The notes beneath the pieces are model-generated. The model was not told the DNA's origin. It searched no databases and saw only the letters and a program-made list of their open reading frames with translations. Made by a program: the position numbers and the translations under genes. 64,000 nucleotides of DNA from Octopus bimaculoides (lineage: Eukaryota), in contig NC_068986.1 in assembly GCF_001194135.2 (NCBI RefSeq), forward strand, positions 7,353,040-7,417,039. The letters run 5' to 3'. The stretch's first letter is position 1. Each line of letters begins with the position of its first letter. Below are positions 22,928 to 35,632 of this stretch, in pieces.

Positions 22928-23382
22928 GTCTTCGGAAAGTTTTCATCGTTCTCCAAATAATCAAGGAGATCTTGTGTAACTGAAACCTGAGGGTCATTTT
23001 GGTCAGCTGAAAGCAGTTGTGACCCAAACTTGGCAGTTACGCATTTCATACCCAAATCTTCAGTGATAACGGACTGAACTGAACCATAACTAATCTGCAC
23101 ATCTGATAGCTCACGGATGGTGATGTGACGATTTCCCCTCACAGCTGCGATATTTTTCTCAGTTCTGCTGGTTTTTGGTCTCCCGGAACGTTCGTCAATA
23201 TCGAAATGCTTTCGTCCATCTTGGAGACGTCTGAACCACTCGTACACTTGTGTACGACTCATACACTCCTGTCCATACACTTTCTGCAACACTGCATAAG
23301 CCTCTGAACAGGTATCACCATGACAACTTTGTCATGGTCAGTGCGATGATCACACACTACACACCTTCCTTCTAAGCACTGC
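22928..23382 (-). mobile_element. mariner transposase N-terminal HTH relic
   Basis: LQKVYGQECMSRTQVYEWFRRLQDGR...DERSGRPKTS...ITIREL...EDLGMKCVTAKF. Confidence 0.9.
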
Positions 23383-23575
23383 AAAACCTATATCGGTATA
23401 TGTATTATTTTTTTTTATCAGTAATTAAAAACAGAAAAGGTGAGTTGGTCCTTTCCAAGGCCAACTTCAGCTCTCTCATTGATCGCTAGTAATAGTAAAC
23501 ACATTTGACTTCTGACTGCAAGGGTGTTACGCTTCTTTTATTTCCTGATTGGACAGAAATACGAAGCTCCACCAT

Positions 23576-23580
<5 letters not shown>

Positions 23581-23608
<28 letters not shown>
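23581..23608 (+). repeat. (CTA)9 microsatellite at the 5' junction of a Dong-like fragment
   Basis: Read directly. Confidence 0.95.
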
Positions 23609-23611
23609 ATA

Positions 23612-24420
23612 TGACGTGACAGGGATGGAATTCGGCATCTCGAAGTGTGCAGTACTCACTGTGAAACGGGGGAAAGGGCAGATTATAGGGACATAGAATT
23701 GCTAAACGGAGAGAATGGAAGACCGGGATGATGATGGGTACAAGTACCTTGGGATCATGGAGCTGGACAGTATCTTCCACAGAAAAATGAAAGACAAGGT
23801 CATCACTGCATATTCGAAGCGCCTCGAACTTCTCTTGAACTCAAAACTCAACTCAAGGAATCTTGTGACTGCCATAAACTATGGGCTGTTGCTGTAGTCT
23901 GCTATAGTGCACCCATCCTGAAATGGGACACAAGCGGAGATTAAACAACTCGACCTCACTACCCGAAAGACAATGACAATGAATGGTGCCCTCCACCTTA
24001 AGGCGAATGTACACAGGCTCTACATGAAGTAGAGTGAAAGCGTACGTGGGCTGATTAGTGTACAGGAGTGCATCAACAGTGAAAGAAGAAACCTGGCAGA
24101 ATATTTGGTAAACAGCAAAGAAGACCTCCTACAGTATGCTGTTAATGCAGAGGGATTTACCAAAAGTGGACTTGAGAATGCTCATGAATTCCAACCACGA
24201 ACAGCCAACGAGAGAGAAGAAACCCTACTCCGCATGGAATTACATGGTCAGTTCCACCGTGAAACTAAAGACCAGAAAGCATCATGGAGGTCGCTCAGCA
24301 AGAGTGACAAGAATACTGACAGCTTAATCATCGCTGCCCATGATCAGGCATTGAATACCAACTCAGTGAGAAGAGATATATACCACACAAGTGCAACGAA
24401 TCTCTGCAGAATGTGTGTAT
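23612..24420 (+). mobile_element. R4/Dong-clade non-LTR retrotransposon relic (RT C-terminal part to zinc knuckle)
   Basis: GMEFGISKCA, YKYLGIME, SKLNSRNLVTAIN, ANVHRLYM, LHGQFHRE, IIAAHDQALNT, CRMC; several frameshifts. Confidence 0.9.
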
Positions 24421-24964
24421 AGACGTTTAGTTGAAGTGTGCGTGGTAGTATTGAGAGCAAATATAATGGGAAGAGGAGGAGAATTGTCGTAAGTAGATAG
24501 GAGAAAGGTGAAGAATGGGAGCTCTGTCAGTATATACTGCGAGTAATTTAGTTGTGTAAGCGTTAACTGTCAGTATTTTGGAGTAAGTCACCCATGATGA
24601 CAGGAATTGACTTGCTTATCAGTTATATTCGTTTAAAGTAACATATGTGTAAAACACGCAAATAGAAAGAAACCTAAGATTTTGGGAGCAAAGATACCAA
24701 TGAAAATCGGTTATGGCGGTAGGTTACATTTTCGACAAGTTTGTGGATTAAAAATGTTAAAGTGAACTATAAGTTTAGTGTCTGCAAAAAGTGATGAGTT
24801 TTGAGTTTCTATTTCGTTAGATTTCGGTAAAAATCACACCTTGTACTTTTCTAACATACAAACTTGGTACTTTAAAAAAAATATATTTTGTTTAGTAGGT
24901 TTGGCATTTGTAGAATCTTCTACGAAATGTTAAAATTACTTCATCCGGAAGATGAACGTATCTT

Positions 24965-25338
24965 TTTGTCTTTTACTTGCTTCAGACATTAGTCTTCGGC
25001 CATGCTGGAGCACTGCATTGAAAAATTTAGTCGAATGAATCAATCCTAGTACTTAGGTTTTTGAGCCAGGTACTTACTCTATCGGCCTCTGTCGAATTGT
25101 TTAAGTTACAGGGACGTAAACAAACCTACATCGGCTGTCAAGTGATGATGGGACAAATACAGACACGAAAGACATCTATATACCGCAGGCTTCTTTTAGT
25201 TTCCGATTACCGGATCCATTCACAAAGCTTTGGTGGGCCCGAGGCTAAAATGGAAGACACTTGCGCAAGGTGTCACGCGGTGGGACCGGATCCGGAACTA
25301 TGTGGTTGGGAAGCAAACTTCCTACTACACAGCCATAC
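24965..25338 (-). mobile_element. SINE family B copy
   Basis: GGCCATGCTGGAGCAC..CTTCTTTTAGTTTCCG..AAGACACTTGCGCAAGGTGTCACGC..ACACAGCC. Confidence 0.88.
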
Positions 25339-27203
25339 ATGCACCTTTAAAGACCTAGAAACATTGATGAGGGATTTGGGGACTTTATTGATGCAATTCA
25401 GCTTCAATGATATGAAAGAATGAAGATAAAGGTAAACGTAAAACATAGTGTATTGAATACACGTCTGAAGAACTCGCTTTTTGCACATTTATGCGCGCGC
25501 ACACTCACAAATATTTACACACACACACACACACATATACATACACGGCTTCTCTTGGTTCTTCTTTGTTTTCCATTGGTTGATTGTCTAAAATACAGGC
25601 GATTTGTTCGGCTAAACCCTTTAAGGTAACACCTCAGCATGGCCGCAGTCCAATGACTGAAACGAGTAAAAGATTATATAAATCTGTTTTCAGAGAATAT
25701 ATTCGAAAGTGGTGTTAGATATTTCTAGAATTATTTTCTCTAAATATGCTGAATCACTTTATTCCAATATTTTAACGAGGAGAACGCTTAGCAATCACAT
25801 TTATGAAATTCTTATTACATTTATAAACGCCACGATAAATATATAAAACTTACTTCAATATAAATTGAACAGTTAATGCAACAAATTTAAGATATTATTG
25901 CAATTTCCTATTCTGTCAACGTTGATTCTTGAGTCTATGAAACTAATAAAAACATTATTAAATAGAGAAATTAATATCAGAGCTCTCACTTGCAGTAAAT
26001 TAGTATGAAAGTCCAGTTTTATTTGATCTGAATTTTCAAAGCAAATGTTTTTATAATAATTGAGAAATAAATAGGATACGATACACAAAAGGAGAAACAC
26101 TAATTTAGCTATAACATTGTAGCTAATGCTGTTTTATTATAGCTTGGATAAGTAGACACAAAGTTTAGTATTGTTTTGAATCATTATGCTACGTTCATAC
26201 ACCTGTTGTAAAATACACAACTTGTAGTAGATTTAAAATATCAAATAAAAGCGAAATAAAATGGCTAATTTGGTTTGTAGATATCGTTGTACTTTTCGTT
26301 GGTTCATTACCAGTCAGTAAGTGACAAGCCAGCAAAATCGTACAATATACCAGTAACTAAACATGTATTCCAGAAAGTCATCATTTCATTGTATGTAGTA
26401 GCAGAAAGACCGCCCTCCCGGGCGGGTTTCTGCTACCCTCTTGATATTATTTTCGCATTTGATTCCCAATTCTAATAATTTTTATATTTTACGTCTAATT
26501 ATTTCTTTGTATAATAGTGATCACTTGCTTAGTAAATATTGCTTTCATTATTTTATCACGGTCATAATCTCTCTCTCTTTTAAACAAATGTCACGGTAGT
26601 CCAACAACAGAGGGAGACGCAATTTAAGTTTTACCTTCCCCTCAAAGCAACATAGAGATTACAATTCAGCAGCCCATCTATAAACTTTGCATTGTGTTTG
26701 TGTGAGAGAGAGCGAGAGAGAGTGCATTTCAAACAGTGAATGAAATAAACACGAAATGAAAAAATCGTATAAATAAAAGGGCATTATTATAGATGTATAC
26801 GCCCCCAACTTTGTTGCCTCATAAGATCCAGAAAAATGGATACTTTTTAACAAAATTTTCTACAAATACCGCTTAGATATTGTGGCTTTAGAGTATATAG
26901 GGATTTATGGGAAAGAATGTTTCCGAGGGGATGGAGAGGAGTTTTGGAAAATTCACGCAATCTGACTTTTTCCTTCATAACTTTCAGGAAAATGGATATC
27001 TTTTAATGGAAGTTTATACAAATCCCTTTCAAACGGCATAGATTACAATTTTAAAGAAATTCGTGGAGGAAATGTTTTCGGGAATTTTCCCTAATTTTTT
27101 TTTTAAACAATAGCCTTCGAAATGGGGTTGGTGGGAGGGGGCATCTTCGTACAGAAAAAATTTCGAAAATTGTTTTACAACCCCCTTCCTCATCATCCTA
27201 CTT

Positions 27204-27859
27204 CGGACCTATTTTGGCCATTTTTTTTTGCTCTTCAAAACCATGGGAAGNNNNNNNNNNNNNNNNNNNNNNNNNNNNNNNNNNNNNNNNNNNNNNNNNN
27301 NNNNNNNNNNNNNNNNNNNNNNNNNNNNNNNNNNNNNNNNNNNNNNNNNNNNNNNNNNNNNNNNNNNNNNNNNNNNNNNNNNNNNNCCATTCAAGAACAC
27401 ACAAAACAGTTTCACTTCAACATTTAAATTTCATTTGTGTCAAAAATATTTTCGTCGCTTTGAAACCGCGAGCTGTTCACTGACAAAACTTTAGAAAATG
27501 ATGTAGCACGAAGCTTTTTCAGTGAACAGGTCACGGTTTCAAAGCACGGTGGGGCTAAACATTTAGATTATAATATATTTTGTTGTTTTTCTTCCACCAA
27601 TGGACCACGCGTGTGTTACTTCAGCATCACCATTCCATAAAATGTGTTTAATGAGAGAAAAATATTGAAAAAACATCAATACATGTGAGAGTGAAAAGGT
27701 AGGGTGGTTTGGGCTGTGCTAGAAACAACAGCGAAACCTCCCTTGAATTGTTCACCATTTCTTTTGAAAATATTTGCAATTTGTGTTTTTTTTTATTTTA
27801 CCGAAAAGGATCTTCCAGTGGTTTCTAAGTTAAAAAGGAAAATGGCCAAAATCGGTCCG
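27204..27859. mobile_element. Non-autonomous DNA element with about 45-55 bp TIRs spanning a gap
   Basis: CGGACCTATTTTGGCCATTTT..AAACCATGGGAAG versus CTTCCAGTGGTTT..AAAATGGCCAAAATCGGTCCG. Confidence 0.7.
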
Positions 27860-28176
27860 GATAGTTATTATTGTAACAGCCATTACAAAATCACTTAAAT
27901 ATTTTTACAAAAATTATACGGGTATAATGGAATGAATATTTAAATATGCGAGAAATTGGAGTTAAAAAATTCAATAAACTTGATAAATCGAAATTATAGG
28001 ATTCTTCTTAGAACATGAGTTTGTAGATTGGTCTTCGATAAGGTAAGTTGCAATTGCTGTTATTTTGCTGTTGATTGTTTTAGTGTTCTTTGAACACCCT
28101 GTGAATTGTTTTGCTGCCTCACGGCAGATTGTTTACGCTTCCATTCCTCATAGAGAGGGTCGGCCTATTAAATACG

Positions 28177-29300
28177 ATGTCGAACGAAGGCTTAAGCTAC
28201 TCGGAGCTGTCGTCATCGGAAGAAGAATTACTACGTACTATTGTGAAAATGGATGAGCAAATAGGAAAAAAGAGGAGGAACTTAGCTGAAGTCACGAAGT
28301 GTCAAAATGACGAACTCAATCTTGAAAAATTAGAAAATTATAAAAAGATATTGAGTTGTGAAGGATATAACGTTAAATTATCCCCCCCTCCCACAAGAAA
28401 TAGTAAATGACAAAAAGGAGCGTACGATAGTGTACAAGACTTATTCAGTGGAAACAGGAAAAGTGGACATAATATCGACGACGTAGAGAGAAAGCACTGA
28501 GGCCAATCTGGCAAGAGATTACGTATCTTGCCAGAGGTGCCAAATACGGAACGATAGAGATGCGTTTTAGAGAGGTAGTGATAGCAAGGAAGCATTCAGC
28601 AACACCGGAAGTCGATGTGGCCTAGATAGCAGCCACTGTCTTACTCGGAAACAAAGAAAAGATAGCGGTTCTCCAGGTCACGAAAACTGAAAGCAGACAC
28701 TGGAAAAGTCAGACCCTGTATATGATTATCCAGGGGTCGACAGAAACTATCGAGAACCTAACGGAAACGGTTACATTGGATGATTTAATAATGAGGGTCA
28801 GAGTGAAGGGCAGGATCCCTCGATGTTTTAAGTGTGACCTGAAAGGTCACATTAGAGCGGACTGCACTTCGTCGCCCAAAAAGCCAGACGAAAAACCCCA
28901 GGAAGAACAAATGAGCGAGGAAGAGGCAGTACCACCAACAACGGAGGAAAAAGAAATGAAACGGATAATGAATGGGAGATGACGGGGAAAAAGAAAAAAA
29001 GCAAGTCAAATGGATGCAGACTTCCACCCCACAACCACCAACTCCCACCCACATCCTCTTCGTCCTCCCTACATACACCAAACCTCTCCACTCCCCTCTG
29101 ACAAAAAAAAAATCACATTCATACAAAAACCCCCCAAACTTTCCCGCCTCCGGCAAAAGGAAAAACAGCAATTACGCACTCATGTATGATGATTCGAACA
29201 ACGAACTTTATGAAGAGATACAAACATGGCCAGATTTAATGGTAGCAGACACAAACGGATGTGACAATATTGAAAGACGGCATTACAAAGAGCAAGAATA
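28177..29300 (+). mobile_element. Gag-like ORF1 relic of a non-LTR retrotransposon (L1/Tx1-like), with no ORF2 following
   Basis: MSNEGLSYSELSSSEEELL... coiled-coil-like start; RVRVKGRIPRCFKCDLKGHIRADC CCHC zinc knuckle; broken by stops and frameshifts. Confidence 0.75.
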
Positions 29301-31039
29301 ATGAAATATAAATACGGATACAAATACTGGAAGGTGGATGTGAAAGGTCAGCATCTCCGTTGAGTTTCATATCTACTAAAAGGAAATATGTTCCTATTGC
29401 GTCAGGTGCACATTTTCAGAAGTTAAACTACCCCAGAACTTTTGTAATCTACCCAGGATGACGTTGAATAAATTATTGTAACTTCCGTTCCACGATAAAC
29501 TTGATATCTTTATAGGCTAACTGAAAGAAATTTTCTTCAAAGTTTCTCTAGCCAAATAAGTTTACAAATAATTGAATAACATTCTGTTTCAATCCAAGTG
29601 CCCTCATAGGTTTTAAAATCTGTTATGTCGAAGTGGGCTGTTTTGGATAATTTCCAGTTCCTTTATAAGTCGGTTCGTACAGAAATTCTCATACTTTATC
29701 GGAATGACCTTCATGGAGTATTGAAATGATTTGTGCTGTACAAAATATTCAATTTATTGTGAAATACTCCATACTAATTTAATCCAACTTCCGCTAAAAA
29801 CGAAGACAAAACTTTGAGAAGAATATGACGGGAACACAACGTCAGAGCATTACATATGTATCGTTTACTCCGAGTACTTCAGAATGCAGTTATTAAATCT
29901 CTACATATAGGAAAAGACATCCGTTGCACTTAGGGGAGCTGCTAATCTCAGATGGAACGATTTCAACATATTCAAATCAAATTTCCGAGGATACGAGATC
30001 TGTATCACAAAGCTTCGTATTGTGTGAGGGAGAGGGCCTCCATGTATTATAGCAGAATCGTGCAAGTATGTACGATGGAAACAACGAATTCACTACCAAC
30101 AGCATATTCCAACAAACCATAGTAACAATAACAACTAAAAATGCAACAGCAAATGAAAGAGTTCAAGGAATGAAATATATCAACTTCACATAAAGCAAAC
30201 GGATTTCTAAGAGATTTGATTTATTAACCATACTGTAGACTCACTTTGTATTATAGAAATAACAGTATCCAAAACTGAGTTACTTTCAAAATTAATACTT
30301 CATATTTCATGCAGTCTAATAAATCCTAAACAGCTGCGTACAGAGTTTGACAAAGATCATATACACACACACACACACACACAGTCCCCAGAATGATTTC
30401 AAAAGTGTTTATATTTATATTTCATTTCCAAAATTCAATAACATCTATGGGGAGAATTCTTTTTTTTTTTACGAACGCAGACCCTTACATTAATATGGTA
30501 GTGTGGGAATGCCTCATCATGCTGGAAATAAAACCATTACAAAACACAGTGAATGGCTTGTTTTTAGTCAAAACGTGCCACAAGCATATTTAAACTAGTA
30601 ATAACATTGCATTTATACATATCACTGCTTAGCGTATCTCTTCAAGGTTTGACATGACAGATTGTTGCAGTAAGTTAAAGTACCATCAAACAGAATTCTT
30701 TTGATAAGCCACATCGTAGTGTAACACCTGGTAAATTGACATGATGGTCTTCCGTAATATGCAGATTCTCATATCCCTAGTAAGTGCAAATATGGCGGTT
30801 AACTGAGCCATTTAATTTCAATATAGCTTCATCATTCTAAGCAACCTTCTTGTATTTGAGCGATGACCATCTACACATTTTAAGTATCACTCGCGTAACT
30901 CTTGATTCCAGATTATCTGCGTTTCATATGTCTTAACATTTATGTATTTTGTTATATATATTTTATATATGTTATATATATTTTATTGCTTTATATATAT
31001 TTTCTGTATATTATTTTTCTCCCTTTTATAATTGTGTGA

Positions 31040-31241
31040 CTATATACGCGTGTAGTATTTGTATGTATAAGCATATACCAAATGTGTATGTGTGTGCATG
31101 TGTACATATGTATGTATATATACGAGTGTAAGGCTGTATCCGTTGTACTTGTCTCCTTCCTTCATACATATATGTATGTATATACGTTTGTATATCTTCA
31201 AGTGTAGGTGTGTTTGACAGACAGGAGGGTGCATTTGTGTG

Positions 31242-31286
<45 letters not shown>

Positions 31287-31700
31287 TACATACACACCCC
31301 TACACATACATATGTATACTCAAGTTTTGCGGCGAATGTGAATATATTTTTGCGTATGTTTTTATTTGTATAAACGTCTACATATCGACGCGAGGATGAT
31401 GTTGACTACGTATTTATACGTGTGTGTATATTTGTACATATCTATGCATATGCGAGGTTTTGTATATCCACGTATGTATGTGCATGTGCATATAGAGATG
31501 TGCACATGAACACAATGATGTGTGCATGGGCACATATACGTGTGTATGCGCGTGTATGCAGATATTTGTGTGTATGTTTACATGTGTATAGATATATATA
31601 TATATGTGTGTATATATGTAGACGTGTGTGTAAGTATGTGTGAAAATATATACACACGTGTGTGCGTATGTGTATGTATGTGTGTACATGTGTGCATATG
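31040..31700 (+). repeat. Degenerate (AT/GT/AC)n low-complexity tract; similar tracts at 11795-11890, 35150-35420, 42105-42600
   Basis: Alternating purine-pyrimidine sequence that generates the spurious CVCV/HTHT ORFs. Confidence 0.9.
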
Positions 31701-31786
31701 CAGATTCTATGAACGTTGTTTTACTTTCTCCATGCCTATTGGAGTAACTTTCCTTTATTCAACGGATTTTTCATAGCGTTTTTGTC

Positions 31787-31849
31787 TTAATAACTGATGA
31801 GATGCCGGAGCAGACTTCAACCCCGGCATACGAAACTGAGTTTTATTAA
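31787..31849 (+). ncRNA. Type I hammerhead ribozyme in the pseudo-LTR upstream of a Penelope-like element
   Basis: TTAATAA-CTGATGA-GATGCCGG-(14 nt)-CCGGCATAC-GAAAC-TGA-GTT-TTATTAA: perfect 7-bp stem I, 8-bp stem II with one bulge, near-palindromic AACTGAGTT stem III. Confidence 0.85.
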
Positions 31850-32070
31850 TACAACTAACTGATTGTCCTATATCATATTTATAGATAAATTCCTCTATTT
31901 ACATAATATCGAAGTCTCATTCATTCTTTTGTTATTATTATTATTAATAAATTACCTCACGTATACCGCAACTTTTTCTCTAAAAGCCTATACAGCTTGT
32001 TTTAAAAAGTTGCTATAAATGGGTTGAGGACTGCCTCGCAGAAGAATTTAATCTGGACGCCTACAGTATC

Positions 32071-33575
32071 GATTATTCTATGAAAAACATACCTATACCA
32101 TCCAGGGAACTATACTCTAAGAAACTATTGGAGAAAATTACATACCTTATTAAGCGTATGAGATAGAAGGCCTTCTTTTACAACGATAAAGAGACCACTA
32201 CAGAGGACATTTTATGGAATTAAATCAAAAAAATTCCCTCCTAAAATCAAGGATTTAGAAGACTTCGAAACGGACCTACTGAAGCATATAAACAAAATGA
32301 AATTTCGTCTTTTTACACTTTCCAACAGAAACTGAACAAAGATATCAAAGGCATAAAAAAGTTTTTAAAAAAACGGCACTTTCTGATAAAACCAATAACT
32401 TATATCTTGTAGATAACAGCACATATTCACGACTCCCACATAACAATATTATTAATAATTACACTAAAGCTAGCATCATCGCCGCTAGGCTTACATTATA
32501 TAAAAAAAATTGAGGTCCTTCCAAAAAATGAGGCCTTTATAACTATTAAAGACCATAAAAAGAACTTTCTATCTAATCCTAAATATAGACTTATTAACCC
32601 AGCAAAATCAGAAATTGGTATTATTAGTAAAGAAATTTTAGGAAAAAAAATCAATGCTAAAGCCAAAAATGCAACTAGTTTAGTACAATGGTCCAATAGT
32701 ATAGAAGTCGTTGACTGGTTTAAAGAAGTTAGGAATAAGAATAAAGCGAGATTCACAATTTGATATTGTAGATTTCTATGCTTCTATCTATAAGGAACTG
32801 CTAGATGAAGCCCTCGCCTTCGCAAACGAATTTACAGAGATTAGTATACAAGATAAGAACATAATCTTCCATGCTAGAAAGACATTACTCTTCAGCGAGA
32901 ACACAGAGTGGGTTAAGTCAACCGACACAGAGGGTGCTTTCGATGCGAGCATGGGGTCATATGATGGAGCAGGTATGTGCGATCTCATTGGACTATTCCT
33001 ACTCGATACATTGGGAAAAACATTTCCTGGTGTATATTTCGCCATTTACAAAGATGATGCTCTAGCTTTAACTACAAATGCCAATGAACCAGCGCAAGAT
33101 CGATTAAGGAAGGACATTATCTTCTTGATGAAAACATTCGATCTTAGTATAATAGATACCAACCTGACGGTTGTCAATTTCCTTGATGTATCTTTAGATT
33201 TAAATAAGATTGTTTACAAACCCTATAGTTAAGCCTAACGATAGACAGTTATTTTAATGTAGGTTCTTGCCCCCCCCCATAGTGTTTAAGAATTTAGATA
33301 AAAACATTAGTAAGAGAATTTCGACCCTCTCCTCTGATATAAACATCTTTAATAATGTTGCCTCAATATATAATGAAGCTCTTAAAGATAGTAGTTTTAG
33401 TAAGGAAATAACCTATACACCTGTTATTAGTCCAGAAATAAAAGAAAAGAAAACATAGGAAAAGGAAAATTATCTGTTTCACACCCCCTTACTCTCCCGA
33501 AGTAGATATTTCTTATCACTTATAGATAAGAATTTTCCAATTAATCATAAGTATAGGAAGCTCTTTAATAGGCAT
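32071..33575 (+). mobile_element. Penelope-like element reverse transcriptase pseudogene; GIY-YIG end missing
   Basis: DYSMKNIPIPS..LLEK..IKRMR*KA, ITIKDHKKNF.SNPKYRLINPAKSEIG, FDIVDFYASI, MGSYDGAGMCDLIGL, YKDD, VNFLDVSLDL..YKPY, RKRKII.FTPPYS. Multiple stops and frameshifts. Confidence 0.92.
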
Positions 33576-33635
33576 ATTATATATATATATAGATAACATC
33601 CTGCAACACATAAAATAAAAAAACATTAATATATA

Positions 33636-33791
33636 GGAGTGGCTGTGTGTTAAGTAGCTTGGCTACCAGCCACATGGTTGTGGGTTCAGTCCCACTGCGT
33701 GGCACCTTGGTCAAGTGTCTTCTACTATAGCCTCGGGCCGACAAAAGCCTTGTGAGTGGATTTAGTAGACGGAAACTGAAAGAAGCCTGTC

Positions 33792-33834
<43 letters not shown>

Positions 33835-34020
33835 AACTTCGCTTGACAGCCGATGCTGGTGTGTTTACGTCCCCGTAACATAGTGGTTCGGCAAAAGATA
33901 CCGATAGAATAAGTACTAGGCTTACAAAGAATAAGTCCTGGGGTCGATTTGCTCGACTAAAGGCGGTGCTCCAGCATGGCCGCAGTCAAATGACTGAAAC
34001 AAGTAAAAGAGTAAAAGAGA
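33636..34020 (+). mobile_element. SINE family B, young full-length copy
   Basis: GGAGTGGCTGTGTGTTAAGTAGC..GGGTTCAGTCCC (B-box)..GGAAACTGAAAGAAGCC, (GT)n, GTCCTGGGGTCGATTTGCTCGACT, tail AAGTAAAAGAGTAAAAGAG. Confidence 0.95.
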
Positions 34021-35460
34021 GTATATATATTTATAAAAATATATATTTATAAAAATATACATTAAAATATATATATACGTACAGACGCAGCATAAATTTA
34101 TGTGATTGTAATATGTGTACTAACAAATTTTAAGCGTAAATAGATACATTTTGTGTGTATTAAATATAGCTTTATTTTATATAATTTGTTATAACAATAT
34201 TTGCCGCTGGTATACAATCATGCACAAGAGAGTTATAAACATGTTTCCATTTACAGAGTGATCTGTACGGTAAAAACTCTTCAATTTCTGCGAAGAGTTT
34301 CTCCTATTTTGTTTATCATCAGTTATATTCGTTTAAGGTTAATTCACCTTGGAAAATTGGCGTAGTGTTATTGATGTAGCTGCGATCAATACGGAAAACG
34401 TTAAATTAACGAAAAACATTTCATTCTTGAAGTTTACGACTTGTGATTCAAGTGTCGCCGTACCTCCAGCTAAGAAATATAGTTACATGACTATGAATTA
34501 TCTAGTAGGGTTGTATAAAAGAATGGCTGCAATAGACAATTGCCCGCTGGGTTTGTCAGGAAGGTATAAACCTTGAAAACATAAAAAAAAAAAATTTTAT
34601 CAAGAAATCAGCGGATGAAGAAATGGTAGTCAAGAAGTTCTTTTAAAAGTTTGATTACTGCTGTGTAATCAATCTTAAGAAAGGCAATCACCAGATTTAG
34701 GCAGTAGAACATGACATGACTTGTTCAAATCAATGTTCAAGGAAGGCCATGTTGAAATGAAAAGTGCACCATTTGGTCATGGGCGTAGTTGTTAATTTCC
34801 CGCAGGGTTTAGGGTATTTGTGGAAGCTTCAGTTAAATCATTGTTGCACCAAAAACATTTATTTCTTCTGACATTTATATTAGAATTTAAAAAAAATACT
34901 TTATGGTTCCGTTTCCCAGCAATTTTAGTTTATGAAATAATCATTAACGCTTCAAGCAGGCCACAGAAATGCCATGTTATTGTTCCGGTTAAGAAGACTA
35001 ATCTTTAACTGTGTTACGACATTAATTCTAAAGTGACATTCAGAATGATGCTAGTATAGCACTAGTGCAGCAATAATTGGGTACCCTCCCAGCAGTATAC
35101 TGGATAGACACTATCCCTTAGTGGGTTGTACCCCCAACCCCTAACTCTCTCACGTTATATATATATATATATACACACACACATATAAACGCACGCACAC
35201 ATACATACATACATACATACATACATGCACACACACATATACACGCACACAAACAGCCAGACAGACACACATATACACACATACACACACAGAGACACGC
35301 GCAGACACGCATATACACTCGCGCGCACAACGACATACACACGCAAGCACACACTCACACATACACACGCACACGCGTATATTATATTTATATACATGCA
35401 CACACAAACATCACACATATACAAGTGTTGCACTATAAAGTAGTGTTATATGAAGGAAAT

Positions 35461-35564
35461 GTTTACTCTAGTTTCAGTCATTTGACTGCGGCCATGCTGG
35501 AGCACCGCCTTTAGTCGAGCAAATCGACCCCAGGACTTATTCTTTGTAAGCCTAGTTCTTACAT

Positions 35565-35603
<39 letters not shown>

Positions 35604-35632
35604 CACACGACGGGCTTCTTTCAGTTTCCGTT
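35461..35632 (-). mobile_element. SINE family B internally deleted fragment
   Basis: GTTTCAGTCATTTGACTGCGGCCATGCTGGAGCACCGCCTTTAGTCGAGC..GGGCTTCTTTCAGTTTCCG. Confidence 0.85.

Noticed and set aside
31040-31776. CVCV/HTHT/YIYI-rich ORFs (also 11734-12025, 35118-35783, 42037-42785, 59837-60072)
   Set aside because: Translations of simple repeats, not proteins.
34270-34335. Minus-strand CTGATGA..GAAA-CTCTTC..GAAGAG-TT
   Set aside because: Stem III pairs, but there is no stem II and stem I does not pair.
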